Origin: Chloroflexota bacterium
GTDB lineage: Bacteria > Chloroflexota > Anaerolineae > Anaerolineales > UBA4823
Assembly: GCA_030669775.1 (NCBI GenBank)
Contig: DAOVCZ010000001.1
Span: forward strand, 1-37,606
Reading direction: 5' to 3'
Length of the DNA stretch: 37,606 bases
In this document: piece after piece, positions 9,527 to 17,752 of the stretch
How positions within the stretch are numbered: position 1 is the first letter of the stretch
Layout: each line of letters begins with the position of its first letter
Translations under genes and position numbers: made by a program
Notes under the pieces: generated by a model
Told to the model about the DNA's origin: nothing
Databases searched by the model: none
The model's input: only the letters and a program-made list of their open reading frames with translations

Positions 9527-10810
9527 TCAAGGTTTGATCAAGATTTCAATTGCCTTATCGAGCTGAGGATCGAGTTCATTAAGAAAATCTTCTTCGGTAT
9601 ATTCGACTTCGATATCAGGTTCTACACCTGACTCGTGGATCGTGCGACCTTTGGGTGTGAGCCAGCGAGCGATGGTCACTCTGACCAAACCCTGATCATC
9701 AACCAATGGGATCCAATTTTGAACGGAACCCTTCCCGAAGGAAACCATACCTACCAGTGTGCCTCTTTCATAATCTTGGATCGCTCCAGCGACGATTTCA
9801 GAACCCGAGGCTGAGCCCTCATTGATCAGCACGACCAGTGGGATATCGGTTGCCAGACCACCTTTAACAGCTTCGAAGGAATCGCGGCTTCCATCCCCAT
9901 ATTCCTGGTACATTATGACGCCATCACCTATGAATTGGGAGGTGATCTCAACAGCGGTGTCTCTCTCACCACCGGGATTATTACGCAGATCGAGAATCAT
10001 CCCAACTGGTTCCTGGTCCATTAGGTCTTCTAGAGCTGCGGCAAATTCTTCGGTTGCATTGCCGCTGAAGCTAAATAATTTGATATAGGCGATGTCTCCA
10101 TCCAGCACTTCATACTCGACAGCAGGTATCACGATGCGGGCACGCTCTAATGTAACATCAAAAGGCTCAGGCTCTCCCTCTCTAAAAATCGTTAGCGTGA
10201 GCGAGGTTCCCGCCGGACCCAGCACCTTGCGAATAACCAGGCTGCCATCAATTCCGGTCATGTCCTCACCATCAATAGCAATAATCTGGTCCCCAGGTCG
10301 GAGCCCAGCTTTTTCAGCCGGGGAGTCGGGCATCGGGCTGACAATCGTTAGGTATTCACCCGTTCCATCTACCCAGGCACCGATCCCTTCATAACTGCCT
10401 TCAATGGGCATATTCGCTTGGCGGTATTGGTCAGGATCCATATAAGATGAGTGCTGATCACCTAAGGACTTCATCATGCCTTTGATGGCGCCCTGCATCA
10501 TCAATTCATCCTTCACGGGTTGGTCGATATATAAATCGTGGACCAAATCCCAACTCTGCCAGAATGGTTCAAAGAGCTGCTCGAGATCAGCAGGCGTGCT
10601 GGTCTCTTGAGGAGATGTGGTTTCCAAAATACCTTCTACAGTTTCCTGGAGGACTGTTGATGCGGTAGAGACCGCAGAAGAGGGGGAAACGACCGGGGTT
10701 TCATCTTCAGAAATCCCACCACCGAGAAACATACCAATAGAAAACGAACCTACCACTAATAGCAGAATAATGGCAGCCGCGCCACCGAACAGCAAGATTT
10801 TTTTACTCAT
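9527..10810 (-). CDS. S41 carboxy-terminal processing peptidase (CtpA/Prc-like) with PDZ
   Basis: 427 aa with an N-terminal TM helix, a PDZ domain (GLRPGDQIIAIDG), and S41 motifs GSASGSEI and FGKGSVQ. Confidence 0.85.
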   Translation of the reverse strand: MSKKILLFGGAAAIILLLVVGSFSIGMFLGGGISEDETPVVSPSSAVSTASTVLQETVEGILETTSPQETSTPADLEQLFEPFWQSWDLVHDLYIDQPVKDELMMQGAIKGMMKSLGDQHSSYMDPDQYRQANMPIEGSYEGIGAWVDGTGEYLTIVSPMPDSPAEKAGLRPGDQIIAIDGEDMTGIDGSLVIRKVLGPAGTSLTLTIFREGEPEPFDVTLERARIVIPAVEYEVLDGDIAYIKLFSFSGNATEEFAAALEDLMDQEPVGMILDLRNNPGGERDTAVEITSQFIGDGVIMYQEYGDGSRDSFEAVKGGLATDIPLVVLINEGSASGSEIVAGAIQDYERGTLVGMVSFGKGSVQNWIPLVDDQGLVRVTIARWLTPKGRTIHESGVEPDIEVEYTEEDFLNELDPQLDKAIEILIKP

Positions 10811-10895
10811 ACTTTCTCCTGAAATCTTAAAACCGAATTCAGCTTAGATTACCATACAATAATTAGAACAAAATAAGATCGTGGCAAGTGATTGA

Positions 10896-11696
10896 TCAGA
10901 ATTTCAAGAACCCGGGAAGATATGCGGCGAAAGAGATCGGATCGCTGACCTGCTCGACATACTCCAGCAAAGCTTCTCCATCGATCTGGTAAAGGGGATG
11001 ACAGGAAGTCGGCAAGGCACCATTTTTGGCCTGAACGACGGTATCGATAAATTGGGTAATCAGGTCAGCACGTTCTAGCTGCGGGACGATTTCTTCGGTG
11101 GTGAGGATCACTTTATCCGCTGCCAGGGTCAGCTCTTCGTCGACCCCTTTATTGTTCCCGATAATCGCGTTTCCTTCCCGGTCCGCTTTAATGGCATGGA
11201 TTACAGCTACATCTGGTTTGATGGCCGGGAAAGCCATTAGCTTCTCTTCTGTATAGGGATCGGTGATGGTACGTACATCGGGTCTCAGTTGGGGGAGATC
11301 CGTGCCAATCCATGCTCTGGCAGGCATGAATCCGATCCCGGCCAGAGTTGCACGCAGCCCGAGTGCCAGGCTGGCCTCGGTTTCTTCGATCACCTCGATT
11401 TCCCCCCGGTTCGCATAGTAGGTAAACATTGGCGCTAGACCAAAAATTTCCAGTCCAAAGTAGCAGGTCCGGACTCGGCTGACCATCCCAGCTCCAACCA
11501 GTAAATCACTTTCCAATCCAGCAGTAAAATTGACCAATGTCAGGTCTTTAGGCTCTCCAGTTTCTTGGTAGTGGTTAATCAATGCCCGTACAAAAGTTAT
11601 CGGTCGCCTGTAGTTTGTCATCCCACCTAAGGCTAGTTTTCCCCCAGATGGTACCAATTTGACGGCTTCCCTAAAAGTTGATCTCTTATCAATCAT
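10896..11696 (-). CDS. CoA-transferase family I, subunit A (glutaconate/3-oxoacid CoA-transferase alpha-like)
   Basis: 266 aa. The N-terminus (REAVKLVPSGGKLALGG) and IHAIKADREGNA are typical of A subunits. No B subunit lies adjacent. Confidence 0.65.
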   Translation of the reverse strand: MIDKRSTFREAVKLVPSGGKLALGGMTNYRRPITFVRALINHYQETGEPKDLTLVNFTAGLESDLLVGAGMVSRVRTCYFGLEIFGLAPMFTYYANRGEIEVIEETEASLALGLRATLAGIGFMPARAWIGTDLPQLRPDVRTITDPYTEEKLMAFPAIKPDVAVIHAIKADREGNAIIGNNKGVDEELTLAADKVILTTEEIVPQLERADLITQFIDTVVQAKNGALPTSCHPLYQIDGEALLEYVEQVSDPISFAAYLPGFLKF

Positions 11697-11702
11697 TTTG
11701 GC

Positions 11703-11966
11703 TCACAATTCTTCCCGATTCGTTTGATCATCCACTGCTTCTGGCTCCTGTTTGTCAGACTGGAGATCTGATACCAGATTTGCGAGCTCTTTAAGAGCCT
11801 CGTCTTCATCTTTCCAGGGGTTGCGCGCCCGCCTGGCTGCTTTACGCATCAGATCGATCGTTGTGACTTCGTTTCCCCGCCGTAGGGAAAGAAAGATCAT
11901 AACGTTGATGGCAATCACCACAGCCACTGTCAAACATACGACAAGAAATGCTCTATCGAGGTCCAT
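11703..11966 (-). CDS. Small single-pass membrane protein, unknown function
   Basis: 87 aa with one N-terminal hydrophobic helix and a charged tail. It packs tightly between neighbouring genes on the same strand. Confidence 0.4.
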   Translation of the reverse strand: MDLDRAFLVVCLTVAVVIAINVMIFLSLRRGNEVTTIDLMRKAARRARNPWKDEDEALKELANLVSDLQSDKQEPEAVDDQTNREEL

Positions 11967-12002
11967 ACGAACTTGCTCCGCAGATCGGGTATTCTAAGTG
12001 GA

Positions 12003-12662
12003 TTATCCCGGGTGAGAGTTGATCCACCATAATTGAGGGAAAACCTGGGGAAGATCATCCAATTTCTTTACCGAATAATCTGCTCCAGGTTGGGTTTCAT
12101 TAGTACCAACCAGCACCGTGGTGAAACCAGCCGCCTGCGCCGGTTTCAGATTGCGTAGTGAATCATCGAATAAGACACAATTTGCAGGATCTGTTTCATC
12201 GGTAAATGCTAAGGCACGTTGGTAAGCTTGGGGCTCTGGTTTACATAAAAAGCCTAAAGCGCGTACATCGATGATGCCATCAAAGCAATCTTCCAATCCA
12301 AGGATGCCAAGTACTCGCATTGCATGGTTAGAGTCAGCGTTGGTGAAGATCCATTTTCGCTGCGGTAAACTGACCAACAAATCATGAAGCTGGACATCGG
12401 GGGAGATATATTCTTCTAGGGGCAGATCGTGGACATAAGCCAAGTATTCTTCCGTATCCACCGAGTGGTTAATTTGGAGACCCCGCAGGGTAGTGCCATA
12501 GGTCTCGAAATACGATCGGCGTATTTCTTGTATTTCATCTGGTGGGAATCCGAGTGGATCGCGCAGGTAATCTGTCATGCGACCACGGATAGCTTCCCAT
12601 AGGCCATTGGAATTTGAGTAGAGCGTGTCATCTAAATCGAAGAATAAAACAGACCAATTCAT
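12003..12662 (-). CDS. HAD-superfamily hydrolase (pyrimidine 5'-nucleotidase/SDT1-like)
   Basis: 219 aa with HAD motif I FFDLDDTLY, FTNA and FDDS motifs. Confidence 0.75.
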   Translation of the reverse strand: MNWSVLFFDLDDTLYSNSNGLWEAIRGRMTDYLRDPLGFPPDEIQEIRRSYFETYGTTLRGLQINHSVDTEEYLAYVHDLPLEEYISPDVQLHDLLVSLPQRKWIFTNADSNHAMRVLGILGLEDCFDGIIDVRALGFLCKPEPQAYQRALAFTDETDPANCVLFDDSLRNLKPAQAAGFTTVLVGTNETQPGADYSVKKLDDLPQVFPQLWWINSHPG

Positions 12663-12668
12663 CAGCTT

Positions 12669-12674
12669 ATTATA
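12669..12674 (-). promoter_or_regulatory. -10 box TATAAT 6 nt upstream of the HAD hydrolase ATG (leaderless-type)
   Basis: The minus strand reads TATAAT-aagctg-ATG, with no SD. Confidence 0.45.
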
Positions 12675-12760
12675 AGGGATACAGGACCCGCGGTTGGGGT
12701 TACACAGGTGAAAATATTCTAAAGAATGGAATTGGACTGAAATTGGTAATGGCCCTCACC

Positions 12761-12769
12761 TGATATAAT
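12761..12769 (+). promoter_or_regulatory. Extended -10 (TGaTATAAT) 6 nt upstream of the mutL ATG (leaderless-type)
   Basis: The plus strand reads TGATATAAT-ttccgc-ATG, with no SD. Confidence 0.5.
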
Positions 12770-12775
12770 TTCCGC

Positions 12776-14497
12776 ATGTCCATCCGCATACTGCCTCCGG
12801 AAGTGGCTTCCCAAATCGCAGCCGGTGAAGTAGTTGAACGCCCTGCTTCAGTGGTCAAAGAGCTGGTGGAGAATTCCCTGGATGCAGGTGCCGATCAAAT
12901 TTCGATCATTATCAAAGATGCCGGACGGGGATTAATTGAGGTGTCAGATGATGGATTTGGCATTCCAGCAGATGAACTCCCGCTAACGGTTTCCAGACAT
13001 GCGACCAGCAAGTTATCCACAGCTGAGGATCTCTTCCATATTGCTACCCTAGGATTCCGGGGGGAGGCGCTCACTTCGATTGGTTCGGTTTCTCATCTCA
13101 CGATTACCTCGCACGCTACAGAATCCGATTTAGGAGCACGCTTACAGGTGGAAGGTGGGCATTTTTCAGCTGTAGAACCGGTTGGAGCACCGGTCGGCAC
13201 GGAAGTAAAGGTCGCAGATTTATTCTTCAACGTACCTGCCAGGCTAAAATTCCTCAAGAAGGATGTTACTGAACGCCGCCATATCGAAGACTTTGTCACT
13301 CGCTACGCCCTTGCCTATCCAAATGTTCGCTTTCAACTCCGGCAGGAAGATCGCCTGACTGTCCAAACGAGTGGGAATGGTGATCGGAGAGAAGTGCTCG
13401 CCTCGCTGTACGGTGTGGAAATGGCTCAACAAATGCTCGAAGTTTTGGCGGAATATGAGCAATTAAAGATCACTGGTTTCACCAGCGCAATATCTCTCAC
13501 CCGTTCGAACAGGCGTGAGATAACTCTATTCATCAATGGACGCTGGATTCAAGATACAGCTCTGGTCACAGCAGTGGTCCGGGCCTACCATACATTCCTG
13601 ATGGTCGGTCGTTACCCGCAATCAGTTTTATTTCTGGCATTGCCGCCTGAGATGGTGGATGTCAATGTCCATCCGACCAAAGCAGCGGTCCGTTTTCGTG
13701 AGCGGGATCGGGTTTTCAGCGGTGTACAGCGTGCTGTCAGGCGTGCCTTACTGGCTCACACACCTGTTCCAGGGATTGGGGCAGAATCCTTTGAAATGTC
13801 GGGTAATGATCTGGGTTTTGAGCGGGGAGATCTAACCTGGTCTGGTGTTGATTTAACCCACCAGCAAGGTGAGCTGACCTGGCAGCCCAAAAAGGAAGAA
13901 CCGGATGGATCTAGAGTTCCGTTGCTGAGGCTTGTTGGTCAAGTTGCAGCAACCTATCTGGTGGCGGAAGGTCCGGATGGGCTTTACCTGGTTGACCAAC
14001 ACGCTGCACATGAGCGAGTCTTGTTTGAGCGTTACCTTGAGCAGCGCCAGACCTCTATCCCGTCGCAATCATTGTTAGAACCAGCGGCAGTTGAGTTCTC
14101 AGCAGCGGAAGCCAGATTGATTTCAGATCAGCTGCCGTTATTGGGACAATTAGGCTTCCAGGTTGAATCCTTCGGGCTAAATACATTTCTGGTACGCGCA
14201 GTACCTCATATTTTGTCTGGGATCGATCCAGGTGCGGCATTACGTGTTTTGGTTGAAGATTTTGAGGAAGACGAGACACCATTGCAATCCGAGCAGGAGG
14301 CTAAGATCATCGCCAGGATCTGTAAGCGCGCCGCAGTCAAGGGGGGACAGGCTCTTTCAGTGGAGGAACAGCGTACCCTCTTGGACGATCTCGAAGGCTG
14401 CCAATCACCGCGCACATGCCCTCACGGAAGACCGACCATGATCCATTTATCAGTAGATTTACTTGAACGCCAGTTTGGGAGGCGAGGCGCGCGTTAG
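12776..14497 (+). CDS. mutL: DNA mismatch repair protein MutL (endonuclease-proficient type)
   Basis: 573 aa with a GHKL N-terminus (VVKELVENSLDAG). C-terminal motifs are DQHAAHERVLFE, ICKRAAVKGG and CPHGRP. Confidence 0.9.
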   Translation: MSIRILPPEVASQIAAGEVVERPASVVKELVENSLDAGADQISIIIKDAGRGLIEVSDDGFGIPADELPLTVSRHATSKLSTAEDLFHIATLGFRGEALTSIGSVSHLTITSHATESDLGARLQVEGGHFSAVEPVGAPVGTEVKVADLFFNVPARLKFLKKDVTERRHIEDFVTRYALAYPNVRFQLRQEDRLTVQTSGNGDRREVLASLYGVEMAQQMLEVLAEYEQLKITGFTSAISLTRSNRREITLFINGRWIQDTALVTAVVRAYHTFLMVGRYPQSVLFLALPPEMVDVNVHPTKAAVRFRERDRVFSGVQRAVRRALLAHTPVPGIGAESFEMSGNDLGFERGDLTWSGVDLTHQQGELTWQPKKEEPDGSRVPLLRLVGQVAATYLVAEGPDGLYLVDQHAAHERVLFERYLEQRQTSIPSQSLLEPAAVEFSAAEARLISDQLPLLGQLGFQVESFGLNTFLVRAVPHILSGIDPGAALRVLVEDFEEDETPLQSEQEAKIIARICKRAAVKGGQALSVEEQRTLLDDLEGCQSPRTCPHGRPTMIHLSVDLLERQFGRRGAR

Positions 14498-15687
14498 CTT
14501 TTTTTCAAAGGCAGGTGGACAGAGAAGGTTGTTCCAATACCCACTTCGCTTTGCACTTCAATGCGCCCATTGTGGGCTTCGACAATCTGCTTGCAGATAG
14601 CCAATCCTAGACCCGTACCTTGGACAGAGTTCTCGGTCGCCTGTGATCGGTAGAATTTGTCAAATAAGTGGGTGATATCTGCCTGCCTGATTCCCGACCC
14701 GGTATCATTCACCGAGATAACCAATTCGTTAGGATGGCTGTGTCCTGAGACAGTGATTGTTCCTGAAGGCTTGTTGTAATTAACTGCGTTGCTGATCAGG
14801 TTGAGAACAACTTGCTTGATCTTGTCTTGATCCCCCTTGATCTCAGGTAGTTCGTTCGGTATATATAAGTTCAAGCGCAGGTTTTTTTCTGCCGCTTTAT
14901 TTTGCATGAGTCCAACACATTCCTGCAACAACGCGCCTGGATCGAAAACTTCCGAGTTGAAGGGAATTCTCCCTGATTCAAGACGGGCGAGATCGAGAAA
15001 AGAGGTGGTCATATCGATCAAACGTGTAGTCTCATTGTCGATGATCTCAACTACTTTTCGCATTTGTTCTTCACTGACATCCTTACGAAGAAGAAGGTGG
15101 GAAGCGGTTCTCAGCGAGGCTAATGGGGTGCGCAGTTCGTGGACCATCTCGGCGATCAAGTCTGATTGTTGGAAGAGTCGCGCATTCTCGATTGCCACAG
15201 CAGCCTGAGATCCCAGATCCATCAGGATTTCCTGATCATCCTGGGTGAATTGACCACTGAGCTTATTGATCGCTTCCAGGGCACCGATGACTTTATCTTT
15301 GGCGATCAACGGGATACCAAGCAAAGAGTTCGTGGTGACATGAGTCGCCTTTCCTACCTGGGCGAAATGGCGGGGATCATTCTGGGTGTCATCGATGATA
15401 ATCGGTTGACCGTTGGTGATGATCCAACCGGCGATACTATCTTCCACCGGGACGATGAGACCTTGCATCAGTGGTTCATCGAGATTGGTGGCGGATTCAA
15501 AGTAAAGCTGCCCCTGACTTTCGTCATAGAGCAATATCGAAGCTGCCTCTGAACCGCTTACGTGAGCCGCAGCTTCAGTGATGCGATCCAAGAGGATATC
15601 TAAATCAACCGTTGAGGCGAGATTACGCGAGATCTCAGCCAGCCTGCGGTAGCGTTCAAGTAATGAAATTTGAGCCTGTTCAGTCAT
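14494..15687 (-). CDS. Cytoplasmic GAF-domain sensor histidine kinase
   Basis: GAF region, H-box HELRTPLASL, and N/G boxes (NAVNY, DTGSGI, GTGLGLAI). No TM helices. I prefer the ATG at 15687 to the TTG at 15693. Confidence 0.85.
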   Translation of the reverse strand: MTEQAQISLLERYRRLAEISRNLASTVDLDILLDRITEAAAHVSGSEAASILLYDESQGQLYFESATNLDEPLMQGLIVPVEDSIAGWIITNGQPIIIDDTQNDPRHFAQVGKATHVTTNSLLGIPLIAKDKVIGALEAINKLSGQFTQDDQEILMDLGSQAAVAIENARLFQQSDLIAEMVHELRTPLASLRTASHLLLRKDVSEEQMRKVVEIIDNETTRLIDMTTSFLDLARLESGRIPFNSEVFDPGALLQECVGLMQNKAAEKNLRLNLYIPNELPEIKGDQDKIKQVVLNLISNAVNYNKPSGTITVSGHSHPNELVISVNDTGSGIRQADITHLFDKFYRSQATENSVQGTGLGLAICKQIVEAHNGRIEVQSEVGIGTTFSVHLPLKKS

Positions 15688-16468
15688 CGACAACCAGTTC
15701 GGAAATCAGGGGGAGAACATCGGCCACATCAGCATGGATCAGCACCTCAGCACGAGGATCGAGGTAGGTAGAACTCTGGTTGATGATGATCAGCTTGGCA
15801 TGGTTCTCAAGAGCCTTCAGGGGCAAGGTCGCAACCGGGGTTACTTCCAGCGATGATCCAGCCACGAGAATGATGCTGCATTCGTTGCAGGCTTTCTGAG
15901 CTTTGAGCCAGGTCTGTTTTGGAAGTTGTTCTTCGAAGAGGATTACGTCTGGTTTCAAGATTTGCCCACAATCAGAGCAGCGTGGAGGCTCACTGTTGTG
16001 TATGTAGCTGGAAATAAAGTTCTCGGCGGGAAAGGTTTGGTAGCATCCGATACAGGTGAGAGATTCAAGGGTTCCATGTACCTCCAGCACCTGTTTGGAT
16101 CCTGCACGTTGATGAAGACCATCAATATTTTGAGTAATTATTGTGTGGAGGTAGCCGGCTTTTTCAAGGATGGCAAGAGCGTGGTGAGCTGGATTGGGTA
16201 AAGCCAATAGAATCTTCTGAGCCAAGGGGTGGAACCAGGCGAGAAATTTCTCTGGCTGGTAGCGGAATGCGCTGAGCGAAGCCACTTCCATTGGATTGTA
16301 ACGGGACCAAAGTCCACTTCCTGGAGAGCGGAAATCTGGGATTCCAGATGGTGTTGATATCCCGGCGCCGGTTAAAACGACTCCGTTGTCTGCAGAACGG
16401 ATCAAACGAGCAGCAGCCTCAATAGCATGGCGGATATCGCTGGATAGGTTACCTTGATCTGGATTCAT
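15680..16468 (-). CDS. cobB: NAD-dependent protein deacylase, Sir2/CobB family
   Basis: 262 aa with GAGISTPSGIPDFRS, QNIDGLH, the catalytic HG, and a Zn ribbon (CIGC...CSDC). Confidence 0.85.
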   Translation of the reverse strand: MNPDQGNLSSDIRHAIEAAARLIRSADNGVVLTGAGISTPSGIPDFRSPGSGLWSRYNPMEVASLSAFRYQPEKFLAWFHPLAQKILLALPNPAHHALAILEKAGYLHTIITQNIDGLHQRAGSKQVLEVHGTLESLTCIGCYQTFPAENFISSYIHNSEPPRCSDCGQILKPDVILFEEQLPKQTWLKAQKACNECSIILVAGSSLEVTPVATLPLKALENHAKLIIINQSSTYLDPRAEVLIHADVADVLPLISELVVDD

Positions 16469-17610
16469 TCGTCTTGGCCGATAATACTATAAGCAAGTTG
16501 ATTGATCTGCTGGGCAGTCAATCCTTCTGGTTTTAAGATAATAAATGGTGTGTGGTGGATTGAGGCTTCATTAACCAGCTCACGATTGGGTGAAAATGCG
16601 CTGGCTATTTTCAAGTTAAGCTGCTCTTCGACCTCACCAAAGGAAAGCTGTAGGCGTGAGTGGATGCGGTTGAAGACGACCAACTTAATCTGATCCTGGT
16701 TTATCCCCAGTGTAGATAATTCCGCGATCAATTCTTTTGATTGGGCAACGGATTGGGGAGCTGGTTCAACGATGATCACTACCTCACTGCAGTGGGGAAG
16801 TACTTTACGGTTGAGGGTGGTCATCCCGGGACCCAAATCTAATACTGTGTACTCTGCAAATTGTGGAAGAAATCGGGCGATGATCTCAAAATTATCGATT
16901 CTCGAGGTGTATTTTGCATCTTGGAGCTGGGGAGAACTGAGCAACAGGCGAACTCCGGAGTTATGCTCAATTATGGTATCTTCGATCAGCTGGGGAGTGA
17001 GGTCTTCTGGTGGGAGTGTTAACAGGCGGTTGAAACTTGCGGATTGATCGTAGCCGAGCTCCAGCGCAAGACTTCCCTGACCCGGTCGGAAATCCGATAT
17101 GATCACGGGTTTTTCAGTCTGTTTGAAAAGAGCGATGCCGAGATTAACTGCGGCAGTGGACACGCCCATGCCTCCTTTGGCGGCCATGATAGCCAGCACC
17201 CCTTTAGATTTTTGATCAGGGAGTGGTTGATCGCTCTCTTCTGAAGGCGATAACATTCTATTAACTTGAGAAAGCAATTCACGGGTTGAAATGGGCTTTG
17301 TCAAATATGCATCAGCCCCCAGCTCTAACCCCAGCATCTTATCGTCCATCCCGGTTTTCGCGGTAAAAATTAATATGGGAATACCGCGGGTCGTCCTCTC
17401 CTGGCGCAGCTGGCTGGTAACTGCATACCCATCTAATTCCGGCATCATTATGTCGAGGATGATCAAATCCGGAGCTTCGGTACGTGCTAGCGAGATGGCG
17501 CGCTGCCCATTGTTTGCCGCGATGATATCGAATCCTTCACTTTCCAGCATCATACCAACCAGCCGGAGGGTATCAATATCATCATCAACGATCAATATTC
17601 TTCCTGGCAT
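16465..17610 (-). CDS. Response-regulator receiver domain fused to a CpaE/TadZ-like ParA/MinD-family ATPase domain
   Basis: The receiver has intact DDD, D (ILDIMMPELDG), T and K (TKP) residues. The C-terminal domain has the atypical Walker A AAKGGMGVST. The start is trimmed to the ATG at 17610 (MPGRILIVDDD), which has the SD GGGGAG upstream. Confidence 0.8.
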   Translation of the reverse strand: MPGRILIVDDDIDTLRLVGMMLESEGFDIIAANNGQRAISLARTEAPDLIILDIMMPELDGYAVTSQLRQERTTRGIPILIFTAKTGMDDKMLGLELGADAYLTKPISTRELLSQVNRMLSPSEESDQPLPDQKSKGVLAIMAAKGGMGVSTAAVNLGIALFKQTEKPVIISDFRPGQGSLALELGYDQSASFNRLLTLPPEDLTPQLIEDTIIEHNSGVRLLLSSPQLQDAKYTSRIDNFEIIARFLPQFAEYTVLDLGPGMTTLNRKVLPHCSEVVIIVEPAPQSVAQSKELIAELSTLGINQDQIKLVVFNRIHSRLQLSFGEVEEQLNLKIASAFSPNRELVNEASIHHTPFIILKPEGLTAQQINQLAYSIIGQDE

Positions 17611-17737
17611 ACCTGCTCCCCGTGGGTGCTTATTGATTTTCAGTCTAGCATAAACACTAAATCCAGACAAGTATCAGTTAAGTTAGGTTGCAAAGCTTTG
17701 ATATTGGTGAAAACCAAAGTTAATAAGCTGTTTGGGC

Positions 17738-17743
17738 TATAAT
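17738..17743 (+). promoter_or_regulatory. -10 box TATAAT 9 nt upstream of the tilS ATG
   Basis: The plus strand reads TATAAT-ttacaaacg-ATG, with no SD. Confidence 0.4.
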
Positions 17744-17752
17744 TTACAAACG

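Noticed and set aside
13013-13021. Perfect DnaA box TTATCCACA, plus near-matches at about 7123 and 26503
   Set aside because: These are isolated single boxes inside coding sequence (mutL, rnpA, phnE). They are not clustered or intergenic, so they are not evidence for oriC.
15680-16468. Sir2 domain as an anti-phage effector (Thoeris, DSR or SIR2-HerA type)
   Set aside because: The protein is short (262 aa) and has all the canonical deacylase motifs and a Zn ribbon. It has no fused or adjacent sensor, HerA, TIR or pAgo partner.
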